32,780 nt of DNA from Dimargaris cristalligena (lineage: Eukaryota). The notes under the pieces are model-generated. The model was not told the DNA's origin, searched no databases, and worked only from the letters and a program-made list of their open reading frames with translations. How positions within the stretch are numbered: the first letter of the stretch is position 1; every line of letters begins with the position of its first letter. Both the position numbers and the translations under genes were made by a program. Of the stretch, positions 1 to 12,337 are shown piece after piece. The DNA lies in the NCBI GenBank assembly GCA_003614675.1, contig ML002417.1, positions 1 through 32,780 of the forward strand, written 5' to 3'.

Positions 1-1318
1 GCCAATCGCAAGAGTTCGAAGCCCGGCTGACCCAAGCCCCCATGGTGATACTGTATCTCCACGGGCAGGGCGGTTCCCGGGAACGCTCGAATCGTATCGC
101 CGTCTACAAGTCCCTCCAAACGACCATTCCGACAGCCCATATCATTGCCCTCGATTACCGTGGCTACGGCGACTCGGGTAAGTCACACCCCGTTTTGATA
201 ATAACATGACCAGGGTAGTTGTACCAAGTGGGGACAGGTGGTCTGTAGGCCATGGACCACTTCACATTTTTGGGGTCTGATTAAAATGGGCACCGTTACT
301 GTTGGGCAAATCCAGTTGCCAGACACTGCTGACACCCTGGGCAATGGGCCATACCATTCCAATATGTTGACGGGATTTACCAAAAATATTTTAATGGCCA
401 ACTATCTAACATCTATACACCGGGTTACCGTGCGTACTGTCTCCATTATTGATCTATTCCGTTAGATGGCCTACCGGATAACGAAACGCTAGTGATAAGT
501 GATGCCATAGCTATTTGGAACTATGCCACCCAGCACGGTAAGTGTATCCACCAATTTATATTTTAAATATCCATCTATAATTTTAACACGAATAGTGTCC
601 AGCTCCTCGTCAATTATCGCACATGATCAATGTAATTCGCAGGCCTTACAAAATTAAACTCCACCCCCACTTTGTTTCCGACATCCCCTATTTACAAACA
701 TAACAACTCCCTGCCCCCCCAGTTCCCGCGAGCCGGATATTGATTTACGGACATAGTCTCGGGTCCGGCATAGGCGCCCAACTCTGCCGGATTGTGGAAC
801 AGCATGGCGAAACTCCACTCGGACTCTGCCTCGAAGGGGCCATGGCCAGCATGCCCCAAGTGATGTTCGAATACCGGGACCAGCCGTTTCTGAAACCCCT
901 TCGCCCCTTCCCCGCTTTGGTCGATTTGTACTCCCGCGCCTGCGTGTTCCGTTTTGATACCGGTAGTATTTTGCCACTGATCCAATGCCCCATTTTGTTG
1001 ATCCACGGCCGGGAAGATCGGGTCATCGAAATCAAATTCGCCTACGATATGTTTTACAGTCTGCGGCCGGGACACGGTCCTCCGACTGCCCCGAAACACG
1101 CCCTATCCCCCTTGGTGGAGTATGCCAAGGTACAGGCGGCATGTAAATCCCGACCGATCTGGGAAGAAGGCCGGCTCTTCCGTTGGCCCCGACCGGACAA
1201 ATCAGCTCAAATGGCCTGGTTCCTTGAACTTGACTACGCCGACCACGACTCGGCCCATGTGTACGAGTCGACCCAATCTGTATTGGGGAATTTTGTGGCC
1301 GAAATAAATTCATCCTAA
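1..1318 (+). CDS. ABHD12/ABHD13-like alpha/beta-hydrolase, copy 1 (5'-truncated by window); exons <1-177, 466-537, 723-1318
   Basis: Spliced frame reads ...VILYLHGQGGSR...IALDYRGYGDS|DGLPDNETLVISDAIAIWNYATQH|VPASRILIYGHSLGSG...LLIHGREDRVI...ADHDS. It has the GxSxG nucleophile, catalytic Asp and His, gtaagt donors at 178 and 538, and phase-consistent AG acceptors. Confidence 0.9.
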
Positions 1319-3004
1319 ACCCCATTCGGCCGAACCCTCAGAAATGATTGTATCATTTAATCAAATTCAATAGTTCTTCAAAGTTCGACTATATTATACC
1401 TTGGGTCTGGCTTATTAAAACCCGTTCTGATGACTGGTTATGCTCTACCAGAACCCGTAGACTAAACCATATATAGTTAGCATTATAGTAGTTGCTAATG
1501 TTAATCCACGTTATAGGATCCGACAGTGGGATAGATAGTCCTTACCCGCTGTGCACATTGCTGAAACTCTGATCGGGTCTGTTAAATAAAGCGAATCCCC
1601 CCAAAACAATCATCAGTCGGTGTCTGCATTTGCCGCCTATAAACCTTTCTCGTATAAATTTTAAAAATGAATTTCGTTTATGTTTTAGTGGAATAGCTTA
1701 AGCACCGTTGCTGAGGGTAGCTAGTTCAATAATAATCGCGAAAATCCTCGAGTACCCTTGAGTGGTTACAATGTACTGTTCTGCCCACTATATTCCAAAC
1801 TTGTCGGATCACCCTGTTCACTCAACATATCCACATAGCCTGTAGTTTGATTTACTGTGCCGTTAATTTAAGCGTGAGAGTATGTCTCATGAACATATAC
1901 TAAATATTTTTGGATCCACGACAGTTCTAAGTCCATAAAATCACTAGATAGTGCTAGAGCAATGCAGATTACGTACTGGCCTATGTGGACTTTGCCTGGG
2001 TTTTATAGTATCTGGCCCCTTAAGTGCCGAATAAAGTGGCTGTTGAGATCTTGAAATACATTCCTCGTATTAAACGTTACCCCGTGAAAAGGAAAAGTGC
2101 ATTACCGTGCATTGGGGAGGCTGATAGAATCGAATAGTTTGAAATGGAGGCCCACTTTTAAGAAGGTATGAAAGATAGTCCCAACCGGAGGGGAGGGAGG
2201 AGGAAGTCAGGGGAGCTGATGAAGGGGGAGGGCTACCTACATCTCCAGGTGGGAGACTAGAAATCGTGATGGTGTGCAGGTCACTGGTCTATGTGGTGCT
2301 TAGTAACCTAGGAATTCGCTGAGCTGACTTGACCTGCTTTTCCGACCAGTGATTCTTGTTTTCAAGACCTTGCCTTATGAATTCATAACACTGTGAAATT
2401 TTAGCGATACTTTGGGATTCAGCAATCCTGATGGCATTTTGGTTTAGGACAAGTAGTAAAGTTTTACTTCTATTTTTCCTAAGGATACTATTTGCCCTTC
2501 ACAATTGCTTATCAGAGCTATGTATATATCGATTTCTCGGATTGTCAGCTTAATATATTGGTACATTGCCATTACTAACAAATCCAAATTTAATGTTCGA
2601 TGCTAACTTTGGGCGTTCTAGGTCTATCCCCCGGCTCCGCAACCCTCACAAGGTCTAGGAGTTATTTTAACTTGCAGGCAACCAGTTTATTTACGAATTC
2701 TTGAGAACGGGCACTCTAAGGAGCCTGTATCGCCTAGTCATTGAATATAGCGTGCATAGAGTATCACGTAATGCTATTTGATCAAAAAAGTGACAAAACA
2801 CGGCCCAAGCCAATACCACTGACGCGGTTTCCATCTACTCTGGTAGGGTCCCTTTGGCTATATTAAATCGCGGCATTAGCCATTATTTTATCATCATATA
2901 GAAGGGTTGGGTTCATTGACCCCAAGTTATCCGGCAACCCACCACCCGTCTTTACCGGCCATCTGCGCTCGCGTTTACCATTGAAAAGCGTGCCGCTCTC
3001 ACCC

Positions 3005-4613
3005 ATGTCCGTCTCTATGTTCGTGTACGTTATCCAGGCATGTGTCACCGTTGGCCTTCTGGTGACGAGCCTTCTCCTGTTGGCTTATATAGCGTATCTG
3101 GTGCTAATACCTACCGTTCCCACTTTCCAAAGGTATTTCTACCACTTTTATTGGCTTAAATACATCATTGCCGGTGATTTTGACCAACCCCACCGCTACG
3201 GGCTCCGTTACGGGGCGGCGCTCAACGGTAAGGTGGTGGCAGCCGACGGCACCAGCCTTGGCTACTGGCATATCTTGCCCTTGGCGTCCAACCCCATCAT
3301 TGGGTCTGAGGTGACGCCCAGTTCGGATCCGGAAAAGAAGACCAAGAACCACCGCCAGTGTCAGTTTGAATCCCAACTGGCCCAGGCTCCTCTCGTAATA
3401 ATGTATTTCCACGGACAGGGTGGTTCCCGCGAGTGGCCCAACCGCATCTACTCCTACCAGTCCCTGCAGCGCACTTTCCCGACGGCTCACCTTATTGCAC
3501 TAGACTGTCGTGGCTACGGTGATTCTGGTAAGTCCCGTTGCTTTCATAACAAACTGTCGTGATTATTTTGCTGACCCAACACCCTATCACATAAGACTTA
3601 TTTGGCTTGTTACCGCAAAACTAAAAGGGGACCAGTCGCAGTAGACACATATTTACTTTTTGAAAATAATGGATATAATGTTATTTATATATTGTCGATA
3701 TATTCCTTGATATATCAAACACTCAAACTAGACGGGTTACCCAATAGTGAAACCTTGGTAGTGAGTGATGCGGTGGCCATGTGGGATTATATCGTTCAAC
3801 ATGGTAGGTTTGATTATAGGACATTGTCCCGCTTTATATAATGATTATATTATGATTACTAGCCATATTCTTGCCAACCGGTACTTAAAATTTCGAATAC
3901 TCACGAGGCACAACAACCCGTAACCTACCTTTACTTTGCTTATGACTTCCCCCACGTCACATGGATATAACCCCCATGCAATAGCCCCCGCCAAACGAAT
4001 CTTTATTTACGGCCACAGCATGGGATCAGGTATAGCGACCCAACTATGCCGAACGGTTGAGCAGCGTGGGGAGACAGCCTTTGGCCTCTGTCTTGAAGGG
4101 GCATTTTCCAGCATGCCCCAAGTCATTTTCGAATACCGCGACCAACCCTTCCTAAAGCCCGTTCGACGGATCCCTATCCTGGTGGACCTATACAGCCGCA
4201 CGTGTCGGTTCCAGTTTGATACGGGCAGCACCCTTCCCCTGATACGGTGTCCCATTTTACTGATCCACGGTCGGGAGGACCGGGTCATTGGCATCAAATT
4301 CGCCTATGATATGTTTTACAATCTGCGCCCCGGTAATTTTCGCCCGGCGGTGACCATCACCACTACCACTACCACTACCACTATTCCCAAGCATGCGCAT
4401 TCGCCGTTGGTTGACTACGCTGAGGTTCAGCAGGCATGTCCGCCTGAGGTGGCGGTCGGCGAAGGTCGCGTGTTCCGCTGGCCCCGGTATCAGAAATCGG
4501 ACCTGGTGGCTTGGCTACTGGAGCTCGATCACGCAGACCACAGTTCGGCCCATGTGTTCGGACTGACTCAGCAAACTCTGGCTGACTTTGTCACTGAAAT
4601 CAATTCCGTTTGA
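3005..4613 (+). CDS. ABHD12/ABHD13-like alpha/beta-hydrolase, copy 2, with N-terminal hydrophobic anchor; exons 3005-3527, 3732-3803, 3985-4613
   Basis: Motifs YFHGQGGSR, DCRGYGDS, YGHSMGSG, HGREDRVI, ADHSS. N-terminal TM-like segment (VTVGLLVTSLLLLAYIAYLVLI). Same intron positions and same 72-nt exon 2 as copy 1. Start ATG could be 3005 or 3017. Confidence 0.9.
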
Positions 4614-4822
4614 TTAATATTAGTACTATTATTTGAGATGTTTTTAATTCGGCGAGCACAGACCACACTCCCTCTCCCCATTGCTAGTGTGTCTGGTGCT
4701 CTTCCGCGGATACTTTGGCATCCCCGCGAGCATTTTTTCTTTCCTTTGTTTCTTTATTAACTCCATTATATTGCAGTAACAATCATTATTTAAGGTGGGA
4801 ATCAGTGAAGTTCGTCAATAAA

Positions 4823-6505
4823 TTAACCTGAAATAGCTAGAGCCTTGAGTAAACGAGTCAGGCCCACATCCACCTCGGACTGGGGAGCGGCGAATGAAAT
4901 ACGGAACCAGCCCGGCTCGTGGGTATGGAAAACGATCCCTGGGGCAATGTACACGCCGGCATCAAGGATACGGTCAAACAAAGCATCGGCGGCCGCCATG
5001 GTAACCTCTTCCTCCTTCTCATCTTCGTTCCCTGGTCCATCAGACTGGCCTTCGGAACAACAGAAACGGCGGAGGTTGACCCAAATGAAATGGCCGGCCC
5101 GGGACGGAATAAACGGGATATTTTGGCGTTTCAGGAAACGGGCCATGTGGAGGTAGGCCTGGGCCAGGGACCGGCGGTTACCCTGGATAAATTCGGCCAC
5201 CCAGGCGGGATCGCTGAAGAATTGGGTGAGCACATGCTCCGTGGTGCCCGAAAACCACGTAAAGGCCGAGACGGTTTTCACAGCGTTAATGAAGGTCGAA
5301 TTCCACGGGGAAATGAGGTAGCCGATGCGCAGACCATTGAAACAGAAGTCCTTGCTCATGCCGTGGATGACATGCACCAGGGACGGGTCAATCAGGTCCG
5401 CCAGGTGGGGATAGCTAAGTACCGAATGGAATTCCGTGCCGGAGTCGATACCCTTGGCGGCGGCACCGGCGTCGCCTTCCAGTTCCTGGAGGGTGGTCTC
5501 TTCATCGCCGCTGATAACGCCAGCACCTACCAACTCGTTCAGTTCGGTGTTGAATACCGACAAGGCGTAAATCTCATCGAACAGAATATGCAGGTTATAG
5601 CGGTTCGCAAAACGCAGGAGGTTTTCGATTAATGCCCGCGGATGGCATTGGCCCAAAGGGTTATGGGGGTTGGTGAAAATAATCGACCGGACCAAAATAC
5701 CCTCGGCCACGGCCTTTTGGTAAGCAGCCTCCATGAGTTCCACGTGACGTTCGGGGTGCAGCATATCGGCCGGGGCCATGGACACCTCCACGATGGGGGC
5801 CTTGGCCCGCATAAAAGTGTCAAAGTCGAAGCCGCCGTAATAAGGGGCGGCAATCATGATTCCTTCCCCGGGATCACAGGTCACGTAGCTGAAAATGTCA
5901 ATGGCGGAGGTGGTGCCGTTGTGCACCGTAATGTGTGCCGGTAGAACGGGGTCGACCGGTGCGAAATGGGAGTTCACCATGTCGGCGATTTGCTCGCGCA
6001 CTTTGGTGGACCCCGATGGGTCGGGACCGTAGCCCAGCTGGCTTTCAGTGAGCTCTAGCTTGGGGTTAAGCTGGATGTGGTGGTCAAGGGGGTTGATTGA
6101 AAGAGGTTATAGGTGACGTATGGATTCGCAGATATTTGTAAGTGTGGTTTTCAGTATAGGGGGAAAGGTATGATTAAAATTACCGTGGTTCTGGGCCCAA
6201 GGCATAGACAATCGGGAGATATATTGTGTGAAAAATGCTAAAGCCAGTTCCCATTGGCAACTTGAGCTAACCACAAAGTCCGAAATACGCAGGCACCCCT
6301 TGCAGTCACTTACATGCTTAACTAGCTCACCCCGCATCATCTTATTCTCGGCCACGCCCAGATTGAGGATGCCGTCTGGGTTGTTTGCAGGATGGTAATG
6401 GTTATTGCCAACCCGCGAAAATATTTTCCACAGGGGATTGTTAAAGGACAGGTTGGCCCGAACCCGCTCCGACAACGGGGCATTGGGAAGGCTCGATTCG
6501 CCCAT
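4823..6505 (-). CDS. PLP-dependent aminotransferase class I/II, ACC-synthase-like; exons 6505-6314, 6070-4823
   Basis: Motifs NPDGILNLGVAEN, PYYGGF, TNPHNPLG, DEIYALS, HGMSKDF..GLRIG (PLP lysine) and PGWFRISFA match the ACS-like family. Phase-0 gtaagt...cag intron joins the two ORF pieces. Confidence 0.9.
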
Positions 6506-7023
6506 GGCGGTAACGGAGAGTAGTTGACCTATATAATTAACAAAAGATGGGATAGTACGATAATTACAGCCTTGTAGAAAAAGGAAAAGCAACGAAATGA
6601 GAATATACGAGTTAGCTTAGAGAGGATAAGCGAGACGCATTTAGTGCGTGGTGCCGCAAACTCAATGGACGGGAATATAGGATAATCAAAGGCGTAAACA
6701 GCGTAGCTTTATTGGCTGGGCTGAGGCTCTTAGTGGCGGTGCCAAGTGGGGGGGATGGAACGAATAGCTGGGCGGCTCAAAGTTAGCTTGGGGGAGGATA
6801 ATTAAAAATGGAGTAATAGGGGGCGGGCTACGTTTGCTCTTGATGGCCGAGCGGGTAGGTGCTGGCTTATATATATATATATGTATGTCGTAGTATACCC
6901 TTGCACAATGTGGCTTGGCTGAGAAGGTATCCTCTTTTACGCTTAGTTCCCCACACCCTCGGGCCATTGGACTGAATCGGGGGGACGAGTTTATGGAGAT
7001 GGGGATTGGTTCCTTTTGCCACT

Positions 7024-7065
<42 letters not shown>
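7024..7065. repeat. (GA)n microsatellite
   Basis: ~21 GA units with one interruption, upstream of the ACS-like gene. Confidence 0.95.
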
Positions 7066-7068
<3 letters not shown>

Positions 7069-8009
7069 TGGAAAATGATGGACAACAATGGCATGTTTCA
7101 AACACCCTCTCAGCCTCGCGTTTGGCACAGCCGCCAGACCAACATCCGTATTATCTCTATCCATCCCCACGCCTTTACGATTTGTCGCTTATTAGGCCAG
7201 GCGGGATGTGACTTTTCCATTGGGCCACTTGTTATTAAATCCCTCTAATATACTTGTCACACACAAACTAGTTTAATGATGCCTTTTCAGGCCCACGTCA
7301 ACGTCGAGGTTCGCCATAAAGAATAGGCGACGGCCTGGGCAAGTATAAAGGCCGTGGTGCAAACAAATGCACCACCCCACCGCGTTTCCCTTCCTTGATT
7401 AACAAAAGGACATTGGGACTTCGACTATCTGACTGGCTGTGCTATGCCTACCAGCAGCCGTGAGCTAACCACCGTAAGAGGCTTATTTTTGGGCGGAAGC
7501 ATACGAATATCGGGATTTTACCATGGTTCCCACAGTAGTCCAGAGAAGGGTCCCGGAGGAGAGGTATTATAGAGTGACTAGGCCTCCGCTGATTAGTAAG
7601 CTGGTGGGGAGAGTGGGGCTGGTCATCTCCAGCGACTATGACTGGCCACCGGTCCCGTATAGAGTAGAACCTCCCAATTAACCCGCTATCAAATGATCAA
7701 AATTGGGCTGTGACGAACGAGAAGTATCGTCTAAAGAAATCCAATACCCATGCAAAGGTGCAGACTGTATTTCCGTCCGTTACAAAAGAGTGCACCTCGA
7801 AATGAAACAGCATACTAAAAACACTGCTATCTGTATGTGTTGGTTTTATAAGCGACTGCAAGAAACAAGAAATTCAGTTAAGAATTATTAAATAGAGATG
7901 AGAGCCCCTTTTATCCGGTAAAAAGTACAATGGAAATGTTAATAAAATCAGGTTCTTTTTATTTTAAACAAAGTCCTCTCGCCTGAGGTGACGGGATAGA
8001 GGGGAGTAG

Positions 8010-11000
8010 CTAAACAACGCGTACGATTTCGGGTTCAATATGCTCGTTGTAGTATCTATCCATCAGCAGGTGGGTGGTATGGCGGATATCTTCGTCATCC
8101 AACAGCGTCGCCGATTCAATTAAATCGATGGCACCGTCAATGGACTTCAGCATGTCGACGCCCTAGAAGTCCAAACAAAAGGAAAAGTTCAAATTATTTA
8201 AAATTACATAAGTACACATTAGAGTGGGCGATTAGGCTAAGTGGTGGCGATAAAGCAATTTTAAGGTGAAAAATACATTGATACCAGTGTGGCGGCGATG
8301 TTCCTATATATTTATACAAGCCGCTGGCTGGCCTTACCTGGGAGTTCTCGGTGACCAGGAGCATGAAGAAGTGGAGGGCCATGCGGACGAATTCGGTGGC
8401 ATTGGTTTTAAAAAAGTCCAAAAAAGCTAAACGGGGATGGAAAAAAGCAGCAGCAATAGATTGTATGTATCAAGGGAGTTAGTGATAAGTGAGAACTTAA
8501 GGTCTTAATTTCAGATTTGGGCCGAACACCCCCTAATCTGCCTGGCGGCTACACCCCGATAACAACTACCCCCTTCTAATCAGACCTAGAATTAAACGGT
8601 TAAATGCTTACCAGGGACGAGTGCCTTGAGATTTAGGCTGTTGAAATAGTCGCTGCCGTGATTGGCAATATTGAGCAAACTGAAGGCGGCCTGGGTATAT
8701 GTAATGATGATTGTTAATCCCAGGAAATGTCAAAAAGAGAGAGAGAGAGAGAGAGAGTTACGTTGGTTAGCACCATAGGAAAATTAGTCCAAATAAATTT
8801 ACCGTACAAAATGCCACAAGTATAACTACCAATTCATCTTTATACACCCCCTCTACTGCCTCAACTCATAGAATCAGGGGGTGAACATCTTCTCTAGCCA
8901 TTAAACTCACCTCACGCCGAATATCGAAAGCATCATGGCCCATAATCTGGGTCAGAATGGCCACCGTATCTTGCTTAAGCACCTTATTAACCTGGGTCTT
9001 AGTGCCTGCGGTCAGGTTAGATAGAACCCAGAGCCCCTCCTTCTTGACGGTGCGGGCGGGCGACTCGGCTACCCAATGCAGTAGCTGTTTGAGAATCTCG
9101 GGGAAAGCCAGTACACGGTCGGCCGTGGCTTCGCTGATGGCCGACACATTGCCCAGCGTTCGGATAAGGGGAAGGGCGGCCGAGCCCTGGTCGGCGAACT
9201 TTGCCAGTTGGGGCACGAGGGCGGCAATGACATCCTGCTCTTCAATGAGTCGCTGGGCGTAATTAATATCGCCGGCCGTAATGTATACGAGAACCCAGAA
9301 GACCTCCTTGAGCACGTCGAGGCTGGCATGGCTATCGAGGTGCTGCATGAGTTTGGGCCCAATGTCAGCGTCAAACAGTTCCCGTACGGCCGCGCTGGGG
9401 CAACGGGCCAGGTTGGAAAGGGCAAAGCACACCGTTTGGGTGAGGCGCGAACTATGTTCTTGGTTGAGCAGACCCACCAACGGGGGAGTCACGCCCTGCT
9501 TGGCCAGTTCTTCCCGGAACTGGGGACCTTCGGCCGCAATATTACCAATGGCCCAGGCGGCCTGGTCAGCCAGGTCGCAGTTGTTGGCCTTCAAGCTCTG
9601 GATCAGGAAGGGCACGGCGCCCATGATTTTGGTGCAGAGTTCCGCGGAGCCAGCCGCGATATCTGAGGATTGGTCGAGAAAAGTAGTAGTATTGATTTGA
9701 GGGGGGTTAGCCGAATGTTGCATTGGGGGAATTGGGTAAGGTAGAGAGAGTGTGTGTGTGTGCGGCTTGATATTGCCACCGAGGGATAACTAACTAAGGC
9801 TGCCTATATAATCGTTTATCCGGCTGAAAAGCAGAGTACTATGGTTATAGCTGTGATTGGGATGAGATATTGAGAAAATAGGAAACTATAAGACTTACTT
9901 GTGATACACCAGGTGGCCTGGAGCTGGATTTCGGAATTGGGACTATGGATGAGTCTCTGCATGGTTAACCATATCACATACAATACATAATAATCAGTCG
10001 TTTAATTTTCCATTACGAAGTTAGGGTATGGATATGTCGATGGATTTAGCACTGGGAATTGTGCCCCCAAAAAACCTGTTAAATTAAAAACATTAGATAA
10101 CTAATAATAGATTAGCTAGTGGAAGACCTTACCATTAGCTGGGGCACACAGCTACCCACTAATATGTACTTCTCCAACGACCGCGAGGGACTGATAAGGC
10201 GGGAACTGAGCATCTTAAGACCCTTCAAACACTCGCTCTCGGACCCCTATGGAAAGATATTAGCGTAAGAGAATTAAAGTATCAAGGGGGGTTATAGGAG
10301 GAAATAAGTTAGTTTTGAAATAACCTTATCAATAAACGAGGCGCGGATTCGAGTGGGTTGAACGATGGATTCGTATAGCAAATGGTGTATAGACCCTTAC
10401 AGCCAAGGCAGCTTCGAGCTCAGCCACTTCAGAAGGGTTGGATTCGTATTCCGATTCGGTGCCTATGGTGAAGGACATTCAAATAAGTCCCGATTTAATT
10501 TGGAGAGGAGGAGAGAGTGTGTATGTAAAAGAGCGAAGGATTGGCACGTTAGCACTAACCCTAACTATACCGCGATAAGGGGCTAATATTCCAGTGAATA
10601 CGGGACGGTAGCCCTGTTACCCTCAATGTACTAACAAGGGGTCGTTGCTCTGTAATACTTCCACTTCCACCATTAGGCCGGAAAGATTATCAGTCTGGTT
10701 AAGGCGGGTGGAGAAGGCCCTGGCCCCGAGTCCTGTGACTGCTAACCTATATCATCTACGGCCAAAGAGGTGGCCCAACCGTCGGGCGAGTAGCAAAGAG
10801 ATATCCCCACTCACCCACCCAACCATCACTGTAACTCGGGTTCCTTCCACCATACTTACCCGAGTCTTCGTAGTCGTCGTCGACGAGCGTACGGAAACGC
10901 TTGCCCATAATGAGCTGTTCCCGCTGACGCTTGCGCTCGTGAGCATCCTGGGAGATGCGGTGGGCGCGGGCCTCTTTGGGCGAGCCGGGCATGCCATTGG

Positions 11001-11121
11001 CCTTAAACAGACTACGCCGACGGGCGCCGGGAAGTTTGGCGGAAGCGTTGGGGTTGTTGTTGTTATTGGAAGCCGGCGAAGACGGGCCTTTTTGGGCTGT
11101 CGCGTAGTTGGGACTACTCAT
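8010..11121 (-). CDS. Divergent importin-alpha-like armadillo-repeat protein (~522 aa); exons 11121-10860, 10462-10401, 10246-10133, 9956-9899, 9662-8911, 8690-8612, 8426-8338, 8162-8010
   Basis: N-terminal Arg-rich IBB-like segment (ARRRSLFK...RKRQREQLIMGKR) and ARM motifs ATWCITNIAAG, AAWAIGNIAAEG, CFALSNL, GLWVLSNLTAG, AAFSLLNIA. All seven introns are GT-AG and phase-consistent. Confidence 0.85.
8736..8757. repeat. (AG)n microsatellite in an importin-like intron
   Basis: 11 AG units; reads as a CT tract on the transcribed strand near the 3' splice site. Confidence 0.9.
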
Positions 11122-12337
11122 GGCTCTGCTGGAAAAAAAAAAACAGGGGTGGTAGTAGTAAGTTGGTAGGGGGGAGGTGTGGAAAATAAAATAATATAAA
11201 AATATAGGTTGGGGGGTGGGCAGTACAAGGACCGAGTAGGAGGAAGTGTGGAGTATTATAAGATAAAATAGCACACCGGACAGGAGTTTGGAAAGTAGAG
11301 AAGGAAAAGGGGGAGAGTAGGCACAACAGGGTCAAGACTACGGCGCAGTAATAGAAAGAAGTAGTAGAGCTTTGGGCCAATACTATACCCTAACCCTAGT
11401 GTTGGAAGTGCCGCCCCACCAGCTTGGCCAAGGTGGGACAAGTCTCCCCATGGGCGGGCTGGGGTAACCGCCGGAGGATGCGGCCGAGACCAGAAAGATA
11501 AAATCCTCCTCCTACTACGTATCCCTGCTTCCTATGGTGTTTCAGCCCGCCCGTTATAAAACACCAATCAAGGCAGGGTGGGGTGGTTCCAGATAAAAGA
11601 AACCCCCTCTCTCCACGGAAGTCCGGCTCTTTCCTGACCCAAGTCGCCTGTTCTGCGCTTGAAGGTGAGAAAGAAGGCTCTCGTTCATAACCTTCACTCG
11701 ATAACAACAACCACCGTCACAAAGACGGCAGAGAACACCCTAGGGCCGCCGAGTATCTCCAGGATTTTCCTCTAAACAGGGGTATATACCAAAAGAAAAG
11801 AGTGTCTTTGGCCTTTGCCAGTGATCCAGCACAAAGGATGGCTAATGCTCAGCTGAGTATTGGTTGGTGCAGATATAATGAGATCATTCGGTAAATTGAA
11901 CTCCCTCCCAAAAGTGCCTCCTTATTCACCTGGTCACACAAGTGGGCAGTGGATACTAGCCTTAACTCAAATCCCTCCTGTCCAATACCCTGTCTACCTT
12001 CTCCACGTTGGAAGATGGATTGGTTTCGCAGGAACTCGGCAATAGGTATGTACCCATCGACGTCAAACCTGCGCATATTAGAGGACGGATACAACAACTA
12101 CACCGAGTCTCATCGTTGCCCAAGTCAGTGAGGGAAAGTAACGATATTACAGATTCCGATATAGGGTGGGGGGGATTGGGTATAGTATTCAATACAACTC
12201 GGATATAATAAATAGGGGTTTTACAGTGGCTTGGTACAATTATTGTGTAAGGAGGGGAGGATGATAAGGGAAGATACGAGCAGACAAAGTCCAGTTGGCC
12301 TAGGATAACACCAGGAAGCCAAATAAAAATTGGGCAA

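Noticed and set aside
1319-2980. Long intergenic region searched for tRNA, snoRNA or pseudogene
   Set aside because: No cloverleaf, convincing C/D box pair or paralogue remnant was recognisable by eye.
10629-11169. Plus-strand TACTAAC...AG and a 174-aa ORF antisense to the importin-like gene
   Set aside because: No matching donor or credible protein found; can arise by chance.
11400-12330. Cluster of short ORFs between the importin-like gene and SPATA20
   Set aside because: Mostly non-ATG starts, no codon bias or motifs; likely promoter and 3' flank.
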